This document shows, in pieces, positions 61,078 through 64,000 of a stretch of DNA of 64,000 nt. The first letter of the stretch is position 1, and each line of letters begins with the position of its first letter. This stretch comes from Macrostomum lignano (taxonomy: Eukaryota): the NCBI GenBank assembly GCA_002269645.1, contig NIVC01001785.1, positions 173,763 through 237,762 of the forward strand. Direction: 5' to 3'. Both the position numbers and the translations under genes were made by a program. The notes under the pieces were generated by a model. That model did no database searches, had not been told where the DNA came from, and saw only the letters and a list, made by a program, of their open reading frames with translations.

Positions 61078-62148
61078 CTAAACCTTTCTTAAGTCTTTTT
61101 CATCCACCCAGCCAGTCGAGTCGTAGCCCGCCCATTTCACCAGATAGCGAATTTTTCCCTTCCGCTTCTCCGTTTTCAGGATCTTCTCAATCACATACAG
61201 CCGCTGTGAGTCCGGGACAGCCTGCAGCTCGTGCTCATGGAAGAGTCCTCGAATCTCTTGCCCCCGCATGTCTTTAATCTTGTACATGTAGGGATAATGT
61301 TTTGGGGCTCTGCTCACCACGGTGTACACTTCCTCACTCCAGCTCGCTTTGTATCCCTTTTTGAATATCCGTGGAGCATTGGAAATTCTCACTGACTGGT
61401 TTTCAGCGAACTTAGGCTTCTTTAATTTTTCTAGAGTCTCGACTGCTTTTCCATCGTACAGGTTCATCCACACTTCAGATTCATTCTCTTTGCAGACACT
61501 AGTGGGTGCCATTTTGATGCTTCTGTGGTAGGTATTGTTGTAGGATTTTACCAGCTTAGGCAGCACATCAAGCCAGTGCAGTGTGCTCTTGTAGGTGAAG
61601 TAGCGCCACATTCTACTTTTCAGAGTTCGATTCCATCGCTCAATGACAGCTGCCTTCTGCTCGCTGTTAGTTGGGAAAGCCAGAATCCCTCTGTCAATGC
61701 AGTATTGACGGAAAGTGGAGTTGATAAATTCCTTCCCCTGATCTGTGCGAACTGTGCGTGGCTGGCGCTTTGAACTTCTCAGTATGCTCTCGAATGCTGA
61801 CTTCACTTCTGCAGCAGATTTATTTTTCAGTGCCTTGGCCCAAGCACATTTTGAGAGCACGTCAATGCATGTGAGAATATATTTGTAGCCTTTATTATGC
61901 TTTGCGAATGGAATCATTTCCACTAAGTCAAGTTCCCACTGATCATCGATTGCGCGCACTATGATTGGGGCCCTTGGATATCGCCTCCTAGCTGGCTTGT
62001 GCAGAGTGTGCACTGGCTGCTCGCTGAGCCACTGCTCAATGCTCTTTGCAGATATTCGATCACCTCTTTGCCTCACTTCATGCAGCAACTTTGAGGCACA
62101 AGAAAAACTAGCCGGTTGCTCAGGTTTCAAATAAATTTTCTCCATCAT
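61078..62148 (-). CDS. int: RVE (DDE) integrase with C-terminal chromodomain
   Basis: WELDLVEM (D), RTDQGKEF (D), AVIERWNRTLK (E); chromodomain YVIEKIL...YLVKWAGY...GWV; 356 aa, intact. Confidence 0.96.
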   Translation of the reverse strand: MMEKIYLKPEQPASFSCASKLLHEVRQRGDRISAKSIEQWLSEQPVHTLHKPARRRYPRAPIIVRAIDDQWELDLVEMIPFAKHNKGYKYILTCIDVLSKCAWAKALKNKSAAEVKSAFESILRSSKRQPRTVRTDQGKEFINSTFRQYCIDRGILAFPTNSEQKAAVIERWNRTLKSRMWRYFTYKSTLHWLDVLPKLVKSYNNTYHRSIKMAPTSVCKENESEVWMNLYDGKAVETLEKLKKPKFAENQSVRISNAPRIFKKGYKASWSEEVYTVVSRAPKHYPYMYKIKDMRGQEIRGLFHEHELQAVPDSQRLYVIEKILKTEKRKGKIRYLVKWAGYDSTGWVDEKDLRKV

Positions 62149-62474
62149 GGGTTTATCAAGATACGTGCCTATCCACCTGCTCTAGCTGTACAGTATTTTT
62201 TCTTAAGTAGAAATTTATATTCCAATTAAATGATAGAGAAACGAGTGGCAAATTAATTTATTACTGTCAGATTGAAACCTCTAACATCGTAACAGTCGGT
62301 GTATTTTCCGAAAGCAAACAATCCATAAAAACGAACACTAAAACACTCGCACACCAGCATTTCAGAAATAGCAGAGATAAAAACAGCATAGTGCCGTCAG
62401 GCTGGATAATCATGTGCAAGCTAAAAGTAATTTAGTTAGTCCAATGCATTCAAAGCATTCTAGCTGTTCAGTTA

Positions 62475-62822
62475 TCAAAGCGAACATTGGGCTGCAGCCT
62501 CATCGCGTCCTGCCGACGAAGTTGAAATGGCAGCTTTCGCTTCCTGCTGCTGCTGCTCACCGTCGAAGCCGCTGCATGCGCCTGAACTGATACCACACCG
62601 GATCTTCTCAAGGTTGGTGTCCCGCTGCGGAAGCAGTCCAGCATCAGAATCAACCGAAGGTATCGGTGTGGATGTGATTGGCTCAGTCACAATGCGCGGC
62701 CTTGTGGGCGAGCTAACGTCCTCGTCATCAGCATGATCTCCGCCCTCATCAGTCTCCATTATGGGCTTCGTGTCCTGGTCAGCCTCCAACTTGAGCTTTG
62801 TCCTCTTCCTCCTCTTCCTCAT
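62475..62822 (-). CDS. Acidic/basic disordered ORF, possibly the frameshifted tail of the PC4-like gene
   Basis: MRKRRKR (NLS-like) followed by a D/E/S/P-rich stretch; overlaps the end of ORF 62779-63099 in a GAGGAA-rich run. Confidence 0.4.
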   Translation of the reverse strand: MRKRRKRTKLKLEADQDTKPIMETDEGGDHADDEDVSSPTRPRIVTEPITSTPIPSVDSDAGLLPQRDTNLEKIRCGISSGACSGFDGEQQQQEAKAAISTSSAGRDEAAAQCSL

Positions 62823-63099
62823 CAGACTCCAGCTCGTACTGCATTGTGTTCCTCAAGGGAGCCACCAGCTGACCGTCGATCCAGGAGGCGATTTTCCAGA
62901 GCTTCTGCCACAGCGGCGGAGTCAGTGGTACGGCGTTTCGTCTCAAAAACTCCTCGCAGCAATCTTCCGGCAGCCGTTTGAGCCAAATGATGCCGCCTTT
63001 GACTTCCACAAACTTATCGAAGCCGAGTTTCACGACCTTGGGCTCGTTGTTGCGTGCAGAAATCACAAGTGAGCGTTTCCCTCCTTCAATTTCTTCCAT
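62779..63099 (-). CDS. Second, divergent PC4/Sub1-like domain
   Basis: KLGFDKFVEV...NAVPLTPPLWQKLWKIASWIDGQL compared with PC4 QIGKMRYVSV...[24 protein letters not shown]; acidic tail ESDEEEEEED. Confidence 0.6.
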   Translation of the reverse strand: MEEIEGGKRSLVISARNNEPKVVKLGFDKFVEVKGGIIWLKRLPEDCCEEFLRRNAVPLTPPLWQKLWKIASWIDGQLVAPLRNTMQYELESDEEEEEEDKAQVGG

Positions 63100-63239
63100 T
63101 GGTGAACATTCAGGTTGAATCCTGGGACGCCTGGCTTCAGACTTGCCGTGCTGCCGTGTCGGTAAAATTTGCGAATAGCGATAAATTTTTGTCCTTCAAA
63201 CTCCTGGACTTGTGCCTTATAGCCTTCACAGATGTCCAT
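63063..63239 (-). CDS. PC4/Sub1-like ssDNA-binding coactivator domain (58 aa, absent from the ORF track)
   Basis: MDICEGYKAQVQEFEGQKFIAIRKFYRHGSTASLKPGVPGFNLNVHQWKKLKEG compared with PC4 FKGKVLIDIREYW...[19 protein letters not shown]. Confidence 0.85.
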   Translation of the reverse strand: MDICEGYKAQVQEFEGQKFIAIRKFYRHGSTASLKPGVPGFNLNVHQWKKLKEGNAHL

Positions 63240-63343
63240 TTTCCTTTCGCAATTGAAAACTCACAAAAGTTAAAAGCTGAGGAAAATTTCGGATGAAATT
63301 TTGGATTTGAAAAATTGAGAATTCTTTCTTGTCAATTTCGGGG

Positions 63344-63404
63344 CTTATATACCCTCGACCGAACCACCCCAAACCACCCATCCCACTCCGGGCTCTGTGA
63401 TTGG
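63344..63404 (-). promoter_or_regulatory. Right-end Pol II promoter: CCAAT box and TATATAAG
   Basis: CCAAT at 63404-63400, CACCC/GT boxes, and TATATAAG at 63351-63344, ~105 nt above the PC4-like ATG 63239. Confidence 0.6.
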
Positions 63405-63446
63405 CTCTTTCGCAAACATTATTTCCAATTACATAGATTAACATCT

Positions 63447-63679
63447 TATCTCTGCAGTGTTAACCACCCCCAATGCAAAGAGATAGGCCGCCTCTCCTCC
63501 TATCTCTGCAGTGTTAACCACCCCCAATGCAAAGAGATAGGCCGCCTCTCCTCCTATCTCTGCAGTGTTAACCACCCCAATGCAAAGAGATAGGCCGCCT
63601 CTCCTCCTATCTCTGCAGTGTTAACCATCTCCAGTGTAAAGAAATAGGCCGCCTCTTCTCCTATCACTCCTGTGTTAAG
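63447..63679. repeat. Four ~54-bp subterminal repeats related to the TIR unit
   Basis: TATCTCTGCAGTGTTAACCACCCC(C)AATGCAAAGAGATAGGCCGCCTCTCCTCC starting at 63447, 63501, 63555 and 63608. Confidence 0.9.
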
Positions 63680-64000
63680 CAGAGATAGAGCTCATATCTC
63701 TGCAGTGCTTAGCCGTCCCCAATGCACAGAGATAGAGCTCATATCTCTGCAGTGCTTAGCCGTCCCCAATGCACAGAGATAGAGCTCATATCTCTGCAGT
63801 GCTTAGCCGTCCCCAATGCACAGAGATAGAGCTCATATCTCTGCAGTGCTTAGCCGTCCCCAATGCACAGAGATAGAGCTCATATCTCTGCAGTGCTTAG
63901 CCGTCCCCAATGCACAGAGATAGGGCTCATATCTCCGCAGTGTATTTTTCCCTATACATTTGCATTGCCGCCTATCTCGCCAGTGCTAGTGCGGCAGTAT
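63680..64000 (-). repeat. Right TIR (321 bp visible) with five 47-bp units
   Basis: Reverse complement of 41154-41474. Confidence 0.95.

Larger units (their letters stand above)
55873..62207 (-). promoter_or_regulatory. Six CTTAAGAA motifs upstream of minus-strand viral genes (candidate late promoter element)
   Basis: + strand TTCTTAAG at 55873, 57385, 58072, 59958, 61086 and 62200; near-copies at 57063 (CTTAAGCT) and 60376 (TTTAAGAA). Confidence 0.6.
41135..64000. mobile_element. Polinton/Maverick (adintovirus-type) endogenous DNA virus, right terminus just beyond the window
   Basis: AGTAGTAG left terminus; 63680-64000 is the reverse complement of 41154-41474 (no mismatch seen by eye); pPolB, ATPase, adenain, major and minor capsid and RVE integrase are all present. 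Confidence 0.97.

Overview
Animal genomic DNA with GT-AG introns and many minisatellites. The style recalls a free-living flatworm such as Macrostomum, but that is inference only. Left two-thirds (1-41134): 7 minus-strand exons of a brahma/SMARCA2-4 SWI/SNF ATPase gene running off the left edge, a tRNA-derived SINE, a decayed RTE-like LINE, an intronless class A GPCR, an intact LOA-like LINE with a perfect 14-bp TSD, several satellites (one of 7.5 kb), and a multi-exon gene for a secreted PAN-like + LamG-like protein with a deleted mariner in an intron. Right third (41135-64000): an almost complete ~22.9-kb Polinton/Maverick (adintovirus-type) endogenous virus. It has an AGTAGT terminus, a 340-bp TIR (the right end is predicted ~19 bp beyond the window), pPolB, packaging ATPase, adenain, major and minor capsid proteins and an RVE-chromodomain integrase. 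Two tandem non-autonomous Helitrons with nested MITEs are inserted in it. The main finding is an apparent virus-encoded transcription module: a divergent TBP, a tandem PC4/Sub1-like gene (first domain missed by the ORF track), a candidate acidic transactivator, and a strand-specific CTTAAGAA motif upstream of six minus-strand genes. Three exact copies and one near-copy lie 36-38 nt before an in-frame ATG, while canonical TATATAAG boxes precede the terminal and non-structural genes. Several viral ORFs are broken by single-base indels in homopolymers, which may be assembly error or decay. All calls were made by eye; no database searches were run.
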